NCBI GenBank assembly: GCA_904063045.1
Contig: CAJFCJ010000012.1
Coordinates: 1,364,001-1,428,000, forward strand
Length of the DNA: 64,000 bases
Reading direction: 5' to 3'
DNA from: Dimorphilus gyrociliatus
Lineage: Eukaryota > Animalia > Annelida
This document shows positions 11,973 to 25,028 of this stretch, piece by piece (within the stretch, counting starts at the first letter, position 1; every line of letters starts with the position of its first letter). Below the pieces are notes generated by a model that worked only from the letters and a program-made list of their open reading frames with translations, searched no databases and was not told where the DNA came from. The position numbers and the translations under genes were made by a program.

Positions 11973-14900
11973 ATGCAGACTCCTCAAAAATTAAAGGTAA
12001 TATTAATGAAGTGATAACTTATGAATTTTTCATTCTATTTATGCATAATCATTCTAAAATAGTCCCAAAAACCATCAAACATCACGAAAATCCATTCTGA
12101 ACAATTATCAAAGCTCAAGCAAAAACATCACCACGAATATGATCTTCTAGAGGACATTCGGTAAGGATAAAAATAGTTGAAAATACCGTAAAAAATCAAT
12201 GTATATAACGCGATGTACATAGACCTTAAATATAGCACGGCTTTGCCTGGCTTTCCTCTTCCTATCGATTTTCGTCTATATGTATCGATTCTGAATACTT
12301 TGCAGATCATTCAGCAAACAAAGGTCGATAATAGAAAAGGAGTATGCTCAGGTTAGTTTGTTAAAAAATAGAATAAATTTTTCACTTCTTTCTCCTCTCC
12401 TCCCCTTCCACCCCTTCTACACTTGATTTTAAACTACCCTCACCATTAATATACATTTGCACTCTATTTATCGGTAAAACTCTTCAATCTCCTACCGATT
12501 TTACAACTAAAGGACATTAGGAAAACTACATTAATCTTAACCAGACCAATTTTCTTGAAAAATTTACTTGTTTTCCTTTATATTTCAAAAGAGAAAAACC
12601 TAGTAGTTTCCCTGTAAAAACGTCATACAGTAAATAATTGATGCGCAGTCCTTTTTTCCCGACGCATAGTGAGAGCGGAAAGGCAACTATGTATAATGTA
12701 ATATATATTTTATACTTTTACAATTTATAATATTACTGTATATATATAAAATTAGATATCACAAACTTTACCTGTCTTGTTTTTCATTAAAAAAATACAT
12801 ACAGCTACGGTCGTTTAGTAGGCTTTTATACATCATACAAATAAAGAGTACAATAAGATAAATATATAATTGGCAGAAGAGAAAGAATACAATTTTCAGT
12901 ATAAAGATATTGTAAAATATGATATTTTAACTATCATAGATTTTTTCAAATTAGTACAAGACAAAATATTAAGTATAACGGACAGGTTGTTAGCCCTGAC
13001 TTGTTTGTCATTCGGGTCTAAGCTTGCTGTATATCGATTCTTCACACGATTGATCCGCTCACTGTTACTGTAGTTTTATGCAGTTGTACTACTTTATTTT
13101 AATACTTACGAATATATTACACTTTATCAAAGCGAGCCCTTTCATTAGTTGCGTTAATTTAGTAATTCACACACTATTAGTAGAGATTATTAGAAAGGGT
13201 ATACAGTATACAAAATACGTGCACTGAATATAAAAATTTTCAGTTTGAAATAACATCAATTTAGCTTTAGGCTTGATTTTCCTTGATAATTTATTCTAGT
13301 AAAAAGGACAGGAAATTAGTTGTTTTACATCTCTAAACGTCAATCTTTTACTGAGTAATGTTTGTTTTATAGGCTCTGACTAAATTGGCTCATGGTTATC
13401 TCCAAAAATCAAAATTTCCACCGCCTCCAGATATAAAAGAAAATCCTGAGTTCAGGTAAAATTAATATGTCAATGTAGATGTTTAAAGCGTATAAAATAG
13501 AAATGGAAACGAATATATAAACATCTTTCGTGATATATTCGAATGGATAGTAATAACTTCCGTTTTTTTTTTTACCTCCCTCTCTCCATCTCTCTTCCAA
13601 CAAATACTCCACTTTCAGGAAAGGACGGTAAGCTAGTTACATTCTTTGGTACTTTGTATGTATTTTGCTTATTCTTTTACGATTAATGTTTCTCTTTTTC
13701 CAACATCGTTTATCGTAGAACTATATCTCAAGTATGGAAAACGGTGCTAGAAGTTACGGAAGCTGTTGGAAAGACGAGGCAACAGGCTGCCGAATCCTAT
13801 TTAAATCAGGTTTCCGAACCGATTAAACCTATCAAGACAGCTAAAGCGCATACGGCAAAGAAGGTTCTTGACCAGTTGGCAACTCTACAAAAAGAATTAC
13901 AAGGAACTGTAGGTGAATTGAGCAAGAGTCACAAGTCTTATAGTGATGAAGAGCATTTGGCTCACGACGCTAGAACAAAATATGAAGAGGCCAATAGAAA
14001 GTTAGACATTTTAAAAAAAAATTAATAATATATAATTTGTTTTTTTAAAAAAAAAATAATAATAGAGTACAGAAGAGATCGACTGGTCTATTTACGTCGA
14101 TGGCGCAACTTCAACAAAAAAGTGCCAAGGTAGAATCATTTATTATTTGTTTAGTTGAATTAAATCTTATTATTAATTCACAGCTAAATGCTCGGAGGGA
14201 AACTTGCGATCAAAAGGCAAACATTGTTCGAAATGACTATATATTGAATATAGCTGCTTCAAATGCTCACCAAAAGCGTTACTTTTACGTTGAATTACCG
14301 CAATTAATGCAAGAATTGGATGGAGAAGTTTATGATAAAGCTCGCGAATTCATGACTATTATTTCGATGTCTGAATTAGAATGCTGCGGCCTTACTCAGG
14401 AATGTTTCACCAAGATAATGGCTGACTCCTGCATGGTAAATAAAATAACCTCTTGTCCCTTATCATTTCCAGTTATAATAACTATTTAAAAAATAAAAAC
14501 AGATTAGTAGAGACTTTAATCTCAATTGTTTCCTGCACGAAAATCCAACCTATCAAGAGTCTATTGTTTACCCATTCGACGCCCAAGACGGAGATAAAAT
14601 TACCCATATAGTTACTGAACAAACGTCTCTTTATGACCTTGAAAAAGATGGGAAAAATGCCGCCTTACTAGTCGCTCAATCGGATAGAACTATTCGAGAA
14701 CAAGAACAACTACTCGAGCAACTAAAGCATTTACCTCCAGTTGATCCGAAAAAGTTTGATCATAAAAAGAGCGAAAAGAAAAAGGATAAGAAAAAGGAGG
14801 AAAGAGAGGATAAAGAGGTAAAGAAGAGAGATAAATATAAGTTGTATTGTATTATTAAGAGGCACTTTTTTTTTAAATCAAACTTAGAATGATGAAGACC

Positions 14901-16695
14901 TCGATCCGGAAACGAGGATGGATTATTGTAGAAATAATATCCGTAAAGCCCAAACAAATAAGTTGAAAGCGGAAGCGAAATTAGAATTGTTGAGAGATGC
15001 TGGAATTTCAGTGGATGACTATATCGCAAAGGCTCAAGCCGACATAGAATCAGCTGAGAGGGAAGCTCGTGAAAGAGCAGCTGCAGCCGAGACTGTTTCT
15101 CGTTTGAATAGTGTAAGGTCTGATAAAGAGAGTATATGTGAAGATTCTACCGCCTCTTATACTGAAGACTGCACGACTGACTATTCCAATGCCCGTGCCT
15201 CAGTTTCTAGTCAATTTCATCCTGGAAGAAGTTATCCACTAACTGCCGTAGCTTTGTACAATTTTGCAGCTTCGACTCCTGATGAATTGTCTATGCAGCA
15301 GGGGGAAACTCTGGAGATAACTGCGGATGGGGATGGAGAAGGGTGGGTCAAGGCTAGAAATTACGAGAATAAAATTGGCTTTGTGCCAGAGAATCATTTG
15401 GATATTCACGGACAAGAGCCTCAATCAGCGTCAAGTTACGACAATACTTCTGGATCACATTGCGATGACTACTCTAGTCCACCAGGAAGTGCTACTCGGC
15501 AAGGTTATGCAGCAGATGAGACTCCTTATTCACCGTACGTTGATCAGGATAGTAATACATGGGCAAGGGTATTATATGACTACGAAGCGGTCAGCTCAGA
15601 AGAACTAACTTTAAAGGAAGGCGATATCGTTCAGATAACGAGCAAGCAACCAAGAGGACTAGAAGATGGATGGTGGCTCGGGGTCATTAACGATAGAAGT
15701 GGTATGGTGCCATCGATGATAATGGCCGAACTATCTTCTGACGAATTATTGGTCTACGCCGAGGTGTCAATGGCATCCAAATTAGAAAGACAGCCATCGA
15801 ACGATATGCCACCAGTTCATAGTGCATACGAAAATCTAGGTCAGTAATTTTTATTGATTTGCATTTAATTAAGGAAATGTACCTTTTGGTGTCATTAACA
15901 ATTTAAGCACCTTATGTATACAGTATATAATTATGTGTATTGATTAGGTATTCATGTATTAATATCGTCTTTAGTGACGTTTTATTACTTTAATATTGTT
16001 GTGCACCAATTATGAATATTTTTTGATGGGGTGGGGAGCAGAAAGTGAATCTACCGAAGAGAATCCAATGTTGCCGGAAGTTAGCGACGATTCAGGTGAA
16101 AGAGCTAAGTTCATTTACGTAACTAATAATCTAATATTTAGTTAAAACAGAACACAAAATTTAGTTTTCTAATTATTTTCACTTAAAAATAGTTAAACTA
16201 TACAAAATTTAAGATTATATTATAATCAAAGCAAAGAAAATCTTTCACACATTTCTTCCTCCCTCATTTATATTTCCTACCCCCAAATACTAAAATCAAT
16301 TTCTTGATGTTAATGTTGAGCATCGTTTCGTATCGTAATAGTATGCATTTTTTTTCTTTTGTGATGTGCGGTTAGGTGTTGCGACCACGAACGGTTTAAG
16401 CAATTTGGAATCTCCTTCTGTGGTTAACGAACCGACACAGGTTAGTTAATTAACTAAACAAATCAAAGTAAGTTAAAGAAGACAACCGAAGTTAGAATTT
16501 AAAGAGAAAATGAATACAAATAACATAAATAATCAGCTTTTATATCAATTTTTTAAATATATACATTAATATCTTTTCTATATTATTATTATATATATAT
16601 ATTCATATCCATATATTTTGTTTCTTGACCAATATTTCTTTCATTTTTTTCTCCTCCCTTAATAATTGGAAACTGTATAGGCCGACCTGAGATGA
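11973..16695 (+). CDS. FCHSD2: F-BAR and double SH3 domain protein (FCHSD1/2, nervous wreck), multi-exon
   Basis: MQTPQKLK|SQKPSNITKIHSEQLSKLKQKHHHEYDLLEDIR|SFSKQRSIIEKEYAQ... F-BAR with RNDYILNIAASNAHQKRYF; two SH3 domains (ALYNFAASTPDELSMQQGE...GWVKARN; VLYDYEAVSSEELTLKEGD...DGWWLG); last exon ADLR* at 16681-16695. Confidence 0.92.
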
Positions 16696-17081
16696 GAAGA
16701 GTAAGTAGCAATTTTCAACAAATTTTCCTTTACTACTAATAATAAAATAATGAAACAGAAAGCCCATTCTATGTCTAGAAAATTATGGAAAAAAGGATCT
16801 AGAAAAATTCGACTCTACCAATCGTTTTCTTAAATAAAACAAACAACAAAAAACAAGCAAAACAAACAAATAGACAAATCAAATCTTCAGACTGCAGAAA
16901 CACTACACAAAAAATAAATGATAATTACAATAATTCACCGTTACTAGTGCCGTAAAAAAAAGAAAAAATCAAAACAAAACAAAATGGAAAATTATGACGT
17001 AATTCTATTATCATCGAAATTAGAGTAAATTTTAAAATTCAAAAAGTCTTAGATTTAGTTGTGTTAGTTGTAGAAAGAAAC

Positions 17082-17106
17082 ATAATAATAATAATAATAA
17101 TAATAA
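17082..17106. repeat. (ATA)n microsatellite
   Basis: Visible trinucleotide run. Confidence 0.9.
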
Positions 17107-17741
17107 TTAAAATGCACATATTTCTGATTTATATATTTAATGAAAAATATCTACAATACTTATTAAATTATATGAATTATAATAATTTAATAAATATTAA
17201 AATATGCTTATGTTACGTCATGTTTGTTTATTTATTTATTTAAATATTGTATGTACTTTGAAAAACAATAAGGAACAAATTTTTCTTGTTTCCTTTTCTG
17301 CATAATTTCGTAGCAATAACGTGCAAATATCTATGCACCTCGTGTAATAAAAACAATATTGTATATAAATAAAGTTATATCTGTGTGTTATACCGTATTC
17401 GTATAGCATTTAGAATATATCTATATGTAAAACATAATGTATACTGTATGTAATACTTATAGATATTGAATACACATTTAAAGAAATTAATTAAAAAGTT
17501 ATTCTACGCATTTATATTAAAAAAAATATGAAATAGAGCAGTAGATTTACTTCGTATATAGTATCCCATTAAAGTTGAACTGACTGTAGAAAGGCCCCAT
17601 TTCTTTCTTATTTTTTTCATTATACTCTTGAATTGGGTAGGTGAAATTTTAGTTGAATATAAAATGTACAATCTTTGAATATATTTCAATGTGCTTTCTC
17701 CATTGTAAATTGTCTAAAGAAAGGATATATTTGTCTAGGCC

Positions 17742-18634
17742 ATGTCTATTCTAGATATTGTAGACACAACTACTCTAAAACATCTTGGCTTAGAAGGCAG
17801 AACTAGGAAGTTATTTAATAAAAAAATTTAGATTTCTGCTATTTTTCAGCTGTTCTCGGTAATTTTGTAATAAAGGTAAATGATCATTTCAAATTTATTC
17901 AATTGTGAATTATTATATAATTAACTTGTAAAACTAATTAACAAAATTACAGAAATTATACTCTTTTCTCAAATGAATAGGTAGCTAAACTAAGAGGTAG
18001 GTAAATATTTTTTAAAGCTAGAGAAAGAATAATCTGAATCATCTTCTTCCCTCTATCCGTATCCCCTCCTCACTCTGTCTCTTTAACTCTCGTTCTCTCT
18101 CTCTCCTTCGTTTAGGATTCTTGTGAATATGAATATCACAACTCTATCAAACGATGATGAACTAACAACGGAGAAAATACATACAACAGAGAAGAGCTTG
18201 TCAAGTAATACAAATTTAATTATTGGAGTTTCTGTTGGTTGTGGCTTAGGGGTTATTTTAATAGTTTTAGCAGTAATTATCTTTATTAAATTGAAAGTTT
18301 GTAGGAAAAGCGAAAGTGAAACTCAACGACCTCCAGGAATATTAGACGTTGTATTTGCTATTATATCATTTGATATAATTTAAATAAAAACTTTTTTGTT
18401 TAACAGATTACACCTGCAAATGCTTCAGCAACTGAAAATAACAAAACTATTAATCGTAATGATTTTAAAAATACTGAGCATAGTAGTGAAGAATCTGAAT
18501 TCTCTGATGAGGATGACTATGAAAATAAGTCAGCTATTGAACATTTTCACTCTTCCCTTAGTAATCTACAACCTAAAAACAATTGTCAAACTATACCGCC
18601 ACCAGTTCCGCCAAAAGATTATGTTAAAGAATAG
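17742..18634 (+). CDS. Orphan single-pass membrane protein with acidic Tyr-motif and Pro-rich cytoplasmic tail; 5' end uncertain
   Basis: Exon from ~18117 after a strong polypyrimidine acceptor encodes a Thr/Ser-rich stalk, TM helix LIIGVSVGCGLGVILIVLAVIIFI and KLKVCRK. The exon from 18407 ends ...EDDYENK...PPPVPPKDYVKE* (18632-18634). Upstream mini-exons are speculative. Confidence 0.6.
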
Positions 18635-19935
18635 ACCTTTCACTGTCTACAAAACTTTTTCTGTGGTGTCATTTTCTAGTGTCATTAACCTGAGCGTTTG
18701 TGAAGTGAAATATTAAGAAAAACAAACAATATAACTAAACTATTAAAATAGTTTTCTTGATAATTTATAGACGATTTACAATATTCTTTCATTTTAGAAA
18801 TAAGTTTCGGTAAGTATTAAAACTTAACTACACAGACAAGCCTACGACTGCTAATGTTACAATTGTCAAGGAAAAGTGGTACCCTGTTTATACTATTTCT
18901 GAATGAAACTTGGGCCTCCATTATCATATATCTGCTGTTTAGACTCTTAGTATAAAATTTTTGTTAGTAGCTTTTTCATTATCTGTATAATAGGATTATT
19001 CTTTATAAAGTTACACATGAAAAAACTTCTTTCCAGGAGATAAGATACAAAATCAATTGTCCTATCAATTTTTGCTCGTTAAGTTTCATCAACAATCTGC
19101 AAAGCAGAGTGGATAATTGAATATCAATTCATTAGTCATTAACAATACAATGATCAATAATTAATAAAGATTTTAAAATATCAAATCTTCAAAAAACTTT
19201 GCTTTCATTTATTTTCTGAAATTTTCAAAGCATATTTGAGAGTACTCCAGTATCAATTGCAGTAGAAATTTTACCAGAACTAATACAATTGCTCATATGT
19301 CATTTTTGACGAGAGGTAGCTTTATAGGACTGTTTACTTTAGCCATGCCCATAGTTAAGAAATATGAACATTGAGGTTACATATTTATCATATCAAATCT
19401 TGATGACTCAGACTATTGCATATATAGTAATAAAGCTTATAGACAATCAAGACGGTATTTTAAGATTATAATTAATAATTATTATTACTATCAAGTTAAT
19501 ATGCCAGCTCTTGCAGGAGGCAGATTGTTCTGGTGAGTTTGTTCAATTATTCAACTACTACAACATAACATTGTTCTTCTAGACACGTCTAAAGAATGCT
19601 AGAAAATAGAGAAAATTCTCAAACGAAGGGAATTGGGAAGGGGAACATTATCTTGATTACAAGAAACAGTTGCTTTTAAGATTATTTAGTATGCATGCAA
19701 TATTTATATATTCAAATGTACATTTTTCTATTTAATACAATATATCGTAGTAGTATTTGATAAAATAGCTATTGCTAATGATTTTTCAATTCATCCTTAT
19801 CTACTTATCGCGATTAGGTTTGGACTAGATGTTAATATTTTAGTAATAAATAAATGATAAGATTCAACTTGATTTTGCAATTTTTGCTTAAATGTCATAT
19901 TAATTGTATTTTAAAACAAAAATACAGTAAATATA

Positions 19936-20164
19936 TTATTTGTCATATTTTGCAACATAAGCAGCAATTTCTGGAATTTGTAGAACGTGTTCCCTTAGTT
20001 TTTGAATTCGTGGTGGGAAGTTTGGTTTCAAGTTAATACTCTTGCACCAACCGGTCTGTACGACAAGTTCAAGATCGGCCCAGGTAATCTGAAAGTGTTG
20101 GAAAATTGTTGAAAAAAGTAGAAATAAAACTCATAAGTCAAATTAAATAGAGAGAAACAAAAAG

Positions 20165-20222
<58 letters not shown>

Positions 20223-20897
20223 TATAAAAATACAATTACTAACATCTTTACCAACAAATCCAATACCCTCATTGTTTTGTTCTAGAAGCTTTTCAAGTTT
20301 AGCTAAACCTTCGGGCAAAACTCTATTTTCGTAGTCTGCCGCCTTTTTCTCCTGTTGAAGATAGAAAAAAAAAGATGAACTCTTTTTTCAAATATTAAAT
20401 ATAACGTACGAAATCAGGGGAATCTTTATTTCTTATGTATATCACAACAGCTGGTTCAATAACATCTGACATGCAGCCGATAACCATGTCAATCCTGGTT
20501 TCTTCTTCAATATTTTTTCCATAGTTACCTTAAATATCAAATAACCTATACATCAAGACTTTTCCCTGAACTATCATATACATACCAAATTTCTTTGCCA
20601 ACATTCTATTAATTGCTCCCGATTGACACAGTTTCTTTCCATCAACTTCCAAAAGAGGTAGTTGTCCGAAAGGCAAGTCACTTACTGAAAATTGCAATAG
20701 ATGAAATAAACTTTTAAATTTATATAACATTTAACAAATTGATGGAGAAATAGCTAACGATATTTGGGCTTAAGATCTGCCCATTTCTCCTTAGGTATAC
20801 GCTCCTCTTCAAATGGCACTTTTGCCAATAAAAACTGCCATCGAATAACTTCTGCTCTTCCAGGGAAATCAAAATAATACAATTTATAAGAAGACAT
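19936..20897 (-). CDS. GST: Sigma-class glutathione S-transferase, canonical copy (5 exons)
   Basis: MSSYKLYYFDFPGRAEVIRW, LPFGQLPLLEVDGKKLCQSGAI, ITWADL; catalytic Tyr retained. Confidence 0.92.
20163..20222. repeat. Compound (GATA)n-(GA)n microsatellite inside a GST intron
   Basis: Directly visible. Confidence 0.95.
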
Positions 20898-21425
20898 AAC
20901 TTGTTGCAGATGCTCTCAATTTGAATTGTCAAATAAGAATGAGGTCACTTATTCCTCATGCTATTCTTTTATACTATTTTATACTGCTATTACAATACTA
21001 TATGCATATAAACCAATATATATATATATATATATATAGATATACGGATAACAGGCTAGTCAAAAATATACTAAGAATAGCCTGACCCGTCTTTGAAAGA
21101 GGCCTATTTCAACGCAATATATTACATTAGGGGATTTGTCTGTTTCAATAAAACAACACTAACATCTAATATCCTTTATTTTATTCTAGTTATTCACTTT
21201 TTTAGCAAAATTATTACAACATTTCATCAGTGGTTGCTTAAAATAGCAATACACCTATACCTTTCATTTATCTTAAGTGATATTCTTAGTAAATTGATAA
21301 GACCCTTATTTTCAATATACATGTTTAAATATAGGTTAATTTTATTTATAAACTATTGCAAAAGTATATATGAAGAGAAATACGACAGTGACAATGATTA
21401 GAGAATCTCTGTTGATTGTCGACTA

Positions 21426-22184
21426 TTAACGACTTCGTTTAGCGTAATTTTCTCTGTATTCCTTTATCTGTGGAATATTTAGAACAGTGTTCATTAAATT
21501 CCTTAAATTTGATGGTAAATTCACAACATGTCCAGCTATTTCTAACCAAGAAAATTGAGATGCAAATTCATAATCTGCCCATGTTAGCTGTTATTGAAAA
21601 TTAATTAGTTTCAACTGAAAAAAACATAACTCTACATTTTAATAGTTGAATCACGCTTACAGTTTCTCCTACGAAGCCAGTCCCATACTGATTTTCGTCA
21701 AGAATATTTGAGAGACATGCGACTCCTTCTGGAAGGGTTGTTTCTATAAAGTCCTTTAGTTCTTTTTGCTTTTTAGATCCCTCATCCATGTAAAAAAATA
21801 TATGAAGACCACGATCCATTACATCGGCTATACAATCTACAACCATATCTATTCTGGCCTGCTCCAAATCATTCCTACCGTAGTAGCCATATCTTTTAGC
21901 CAAAAGTCTTCCAATTGCTTTGGATTGGCATATCTTTAATCCATCGATTTCTAGTACAGGTAGTTTACCAAATGGAGTATTTTCAGCTAAACATAAACAA
22001 GAGTCATTGGATATCGCTTGACAACTAGAATAGAAGAGAAACACAAACCTAGTTTACTATTACAATACCAGCTATTTAATGATATTCTATTATCGTGAAA
22101 AGGTATCAAATTCATAGCGAAAAACCATCTAGCAACATCACCTCTTCCTTCTGAATCGAAATCGGTTAGGGAATAAGAAGACAT
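21426..22184 (-). CDS. GST: Sigma-class GST-like protein, catalytic Tyr replaced by Asp (3 exons)
   Basis: MSSYSLTDFDSEGRGDVARW, TPFGKLPVLEIDGLKICQSKAI, LTWADY; stop at 21426. Confidence 0.9.
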
Positions 22185-23987
22185 TTTACAAAAATGTGAC
22201 TTTTTACAATTTTCTAATATAGTCAGATTAAACGAAAAACTACCTTTTATAGATGTTTGAGCTGGTTTACTGTACTAGTTTTTTTAATCTCAATAAATCA
22301 AATAAATCATTCCAATCTTGTATAACTATTAAGGATAGTATCGACCTCTATTCTTTATTTACTAATTGTGAATATTAGCACGATACCATAAAATCTACTA
22401 TTTAAAAATTGAAAACAATTAAATAGAAAAGTAAGGAGAGAGAGAGAGAGAGAAGGTAAATCTTTAATACTTCAATTCAGTTACTTTTTCTCATAAAAGA
22501 CAAAACTAAAAATAAATAATCATAGAATGTCTGTAATATGATAATGCAAAAAAGTCAACATTGATTTGACAAGAAATAACAAGAGAGTTGAAAGTTAAAT
22601 ATAACATGTTTTAAAGACATTTTATGTGGTTTTCTTTAGAGTTATTAAAAATTAGAATATAACTACTTCTATTTTATGTATGTTAATATATATGATATTT
22701 TATAGTTTTCAATAATATTCTTCTTTTAAACGATCATCTCTTCTCTATTTCCTCTCTCTCTCTCTCTCTCTCTCTATTTGGATGGTTGTTGAAAATAATA
22801 ATATAGTTATTAGTGACCTTTGTTAGATGTTTCTTAAAGATTTTTCTCCCTCTACTTGTATTAACCATATTGAAATAAGAAATATACAATTTATTTACAA
22901 TGAATAATGAAATATTTAATATCAAAAATTCATTATCTTATAATGGATTTTTTTGTCTCTCTTTAGCATTTTTCTTCCAAGAAAATCCAATTAGATAAAC
23001 AAGCCTACAATTGAAAAAAAAGGAAGAGTAAAATTGCACGAATAAGCAAAAAAAAAAAGAAAGAAGAAAGAAGAAAGGAGAAAAGAGTCTTCAAACTATA
23101 TTTGGAACTATCAGTTTTCATTATTTTTTCCAATTTATACAAGAAAAGGAGAAGAAAAGCCATATTACGATACTATAACAAAAAGAAAATGCCTTATAAT
23201 TTAATACATAATTAAATGAATTATTTAAATAGTTTTATCAATTAAAAAACTTTTCATACTAGAATAGAATTTCGTTTGTTTCATCATTTTATCATAAATG
23301 GTACAAAATGTTAAAAGGTTATGTACTAGATAGTCAAACGATTATTTATAATGATATGTAATATCTTATAGATAATAGAAACAATCTCATTTTTATGGCG
23401 CGAAACTTTATTTCCTTTTAAGACTACTATCATTTTTATTCTGTATGACTAAGATGATAAGCAAATTAGAAAAAAAAAGGATTGGAAGGAAATGAAGCTA
23501 TCATTCGATGAAAAATTATTGAAAAGTGCTTATTGTAAGATATGGAAAATATGGATTGTTTAATAATAGAGAAAGAGAAAGGAAACATAGGAAACTATAT
23601 TTAATAAATACTCTAACAACAAGATGTCAAGACACAACGAAAAGGATTTGATTTAATCAAATTATCATGACTTTTATTTTCTTGTCACATATCAAGGAAA
23701 GTAATAGAAAGATGTAAACAAAGGACACATATCTTCGATTTCCTAATAATCTATTATTAAAATTCATTATTAAATTACTTTCTTTTCTCATCAGTTTTTA
23801 CTAATTTATTATCTTAAAAAGAGAACAACAACAATAAAGAATACACATACAAATAATAATAAACATACAAAATTTCTCGCCTTGTATTAATATTAATAAA
23901 TAGTGGAAGAGAGGTCTTTTTATTGTGAAATTATAGATTTATGAATACAATATGGATTTATCCTGTTGTGAACTTTTAAACAAACAT

Positions 23988-24750
23988 TTAATAACTGTGT
24001 TTAGTATGTTTAGAGCAGTATTCCTGTATTTGTGGTATATTAAATACCGTATTCATTAGACTCTTCATCTTAGTAGACAGATTTGCATTATGTCCAAATC
24101 CTTCTAACCAAGAGAATTGTGACGCAAATTCGAAATCTGCCCACGTTAACTGTTAAATGTTAAATTAAATAGTTATTATGATATTGTATAGTAATTTTGA
24201 ATATACTTACACTATCGCCAACAAAACCCATTCCTTGTTTATTTTGATCCAATAATTTGGAAAGATTTTCTATTCCTTGTGGAAGTGTTTTATTCAAAAA
24301 TTCAGAGAGGTCCTTCTGCTTTTGAGGTCCTTCCTCCATATAAAAGTGAATTACTACACAATGATCCATAATATCGGAAATACAATCCACTATCATATCT
24401 ATCTTGGCTTGTTCAATATCGCCTTTTCCATAGTATCCTAATCTCTTCGCTAAAAGTCTACCAATAGCTCTATGTTGACATATTGTTACACCGTCAACTT
24501 CAAGGACAGGTAGATCGCCGAATGGTGTATTCTTAGCTGTTGTAAGGAGGAAAGAGAGGGTTATTCAATCATTATTAAATGTTTATCAACATCTTTAAAT
24601 GCAATTGTACATACCGAATCTAGAATCTGAAAGCCAATTTTGCATTGGTACTCTATTATCAATAAATGGTATTGAATGCATCGTAAAAAACCATCGAGCG
24701 ACATCTCCTTTGCTTTCCATATCGAAATCGGTCAATTTATAAGACGTCAT
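23988..24750 (-). CDS. GST: Sigma-class GST-like protein, catalytic Tyr replaced by Asp and G-site degenerate (3 exons)
   Basis: MTSYKLTDFDMESKGDVARW, TPFGDLPVLEVDGVTICQHRAI, LTWADF; stop at 23988. Confidence 0.9.
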
Positions 24751-25028
24751 TTTCCCAAATATCGTAGTTTTTATATTCTTACCTATGCCAGAATGATCTG
24801 AATTAAATTTATTTACAACTATTTATAGGATTTATTATGGGTGTTCTACTGTACTATTTTTTCGTTATTCATGAGTAATCGCTAATAGTGATGCCATCTG
24901 TCGGCTAGTAGACTAGAAATTTGTTGGCCTCAGCGTTAGTGTATGGTATTGGATGCTGGAGTTGTTTCACAATATTTTTGTGATCTTTTGAAATATATTC
25001 ATATAAAATTAACATTTAATGGAGAAGA

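Noticed and set aside
12128-15608. ORFs 12128-12310, 12870-13073, 13409-13612, 14760-15029, 15239-15424 and 15327-15608
   Set aside because: Antisense, intronic or alternative-frame shadows of FCHSD with no protein-like motifs.
18780-19600. Exon-like patches with strong donors (gtaagt ~18810, gtgagt ~19534)
   Set aside because: Every frame and splice combination I tried hit stops. It may be UTR or lncRNA, but I cannot support a gene.
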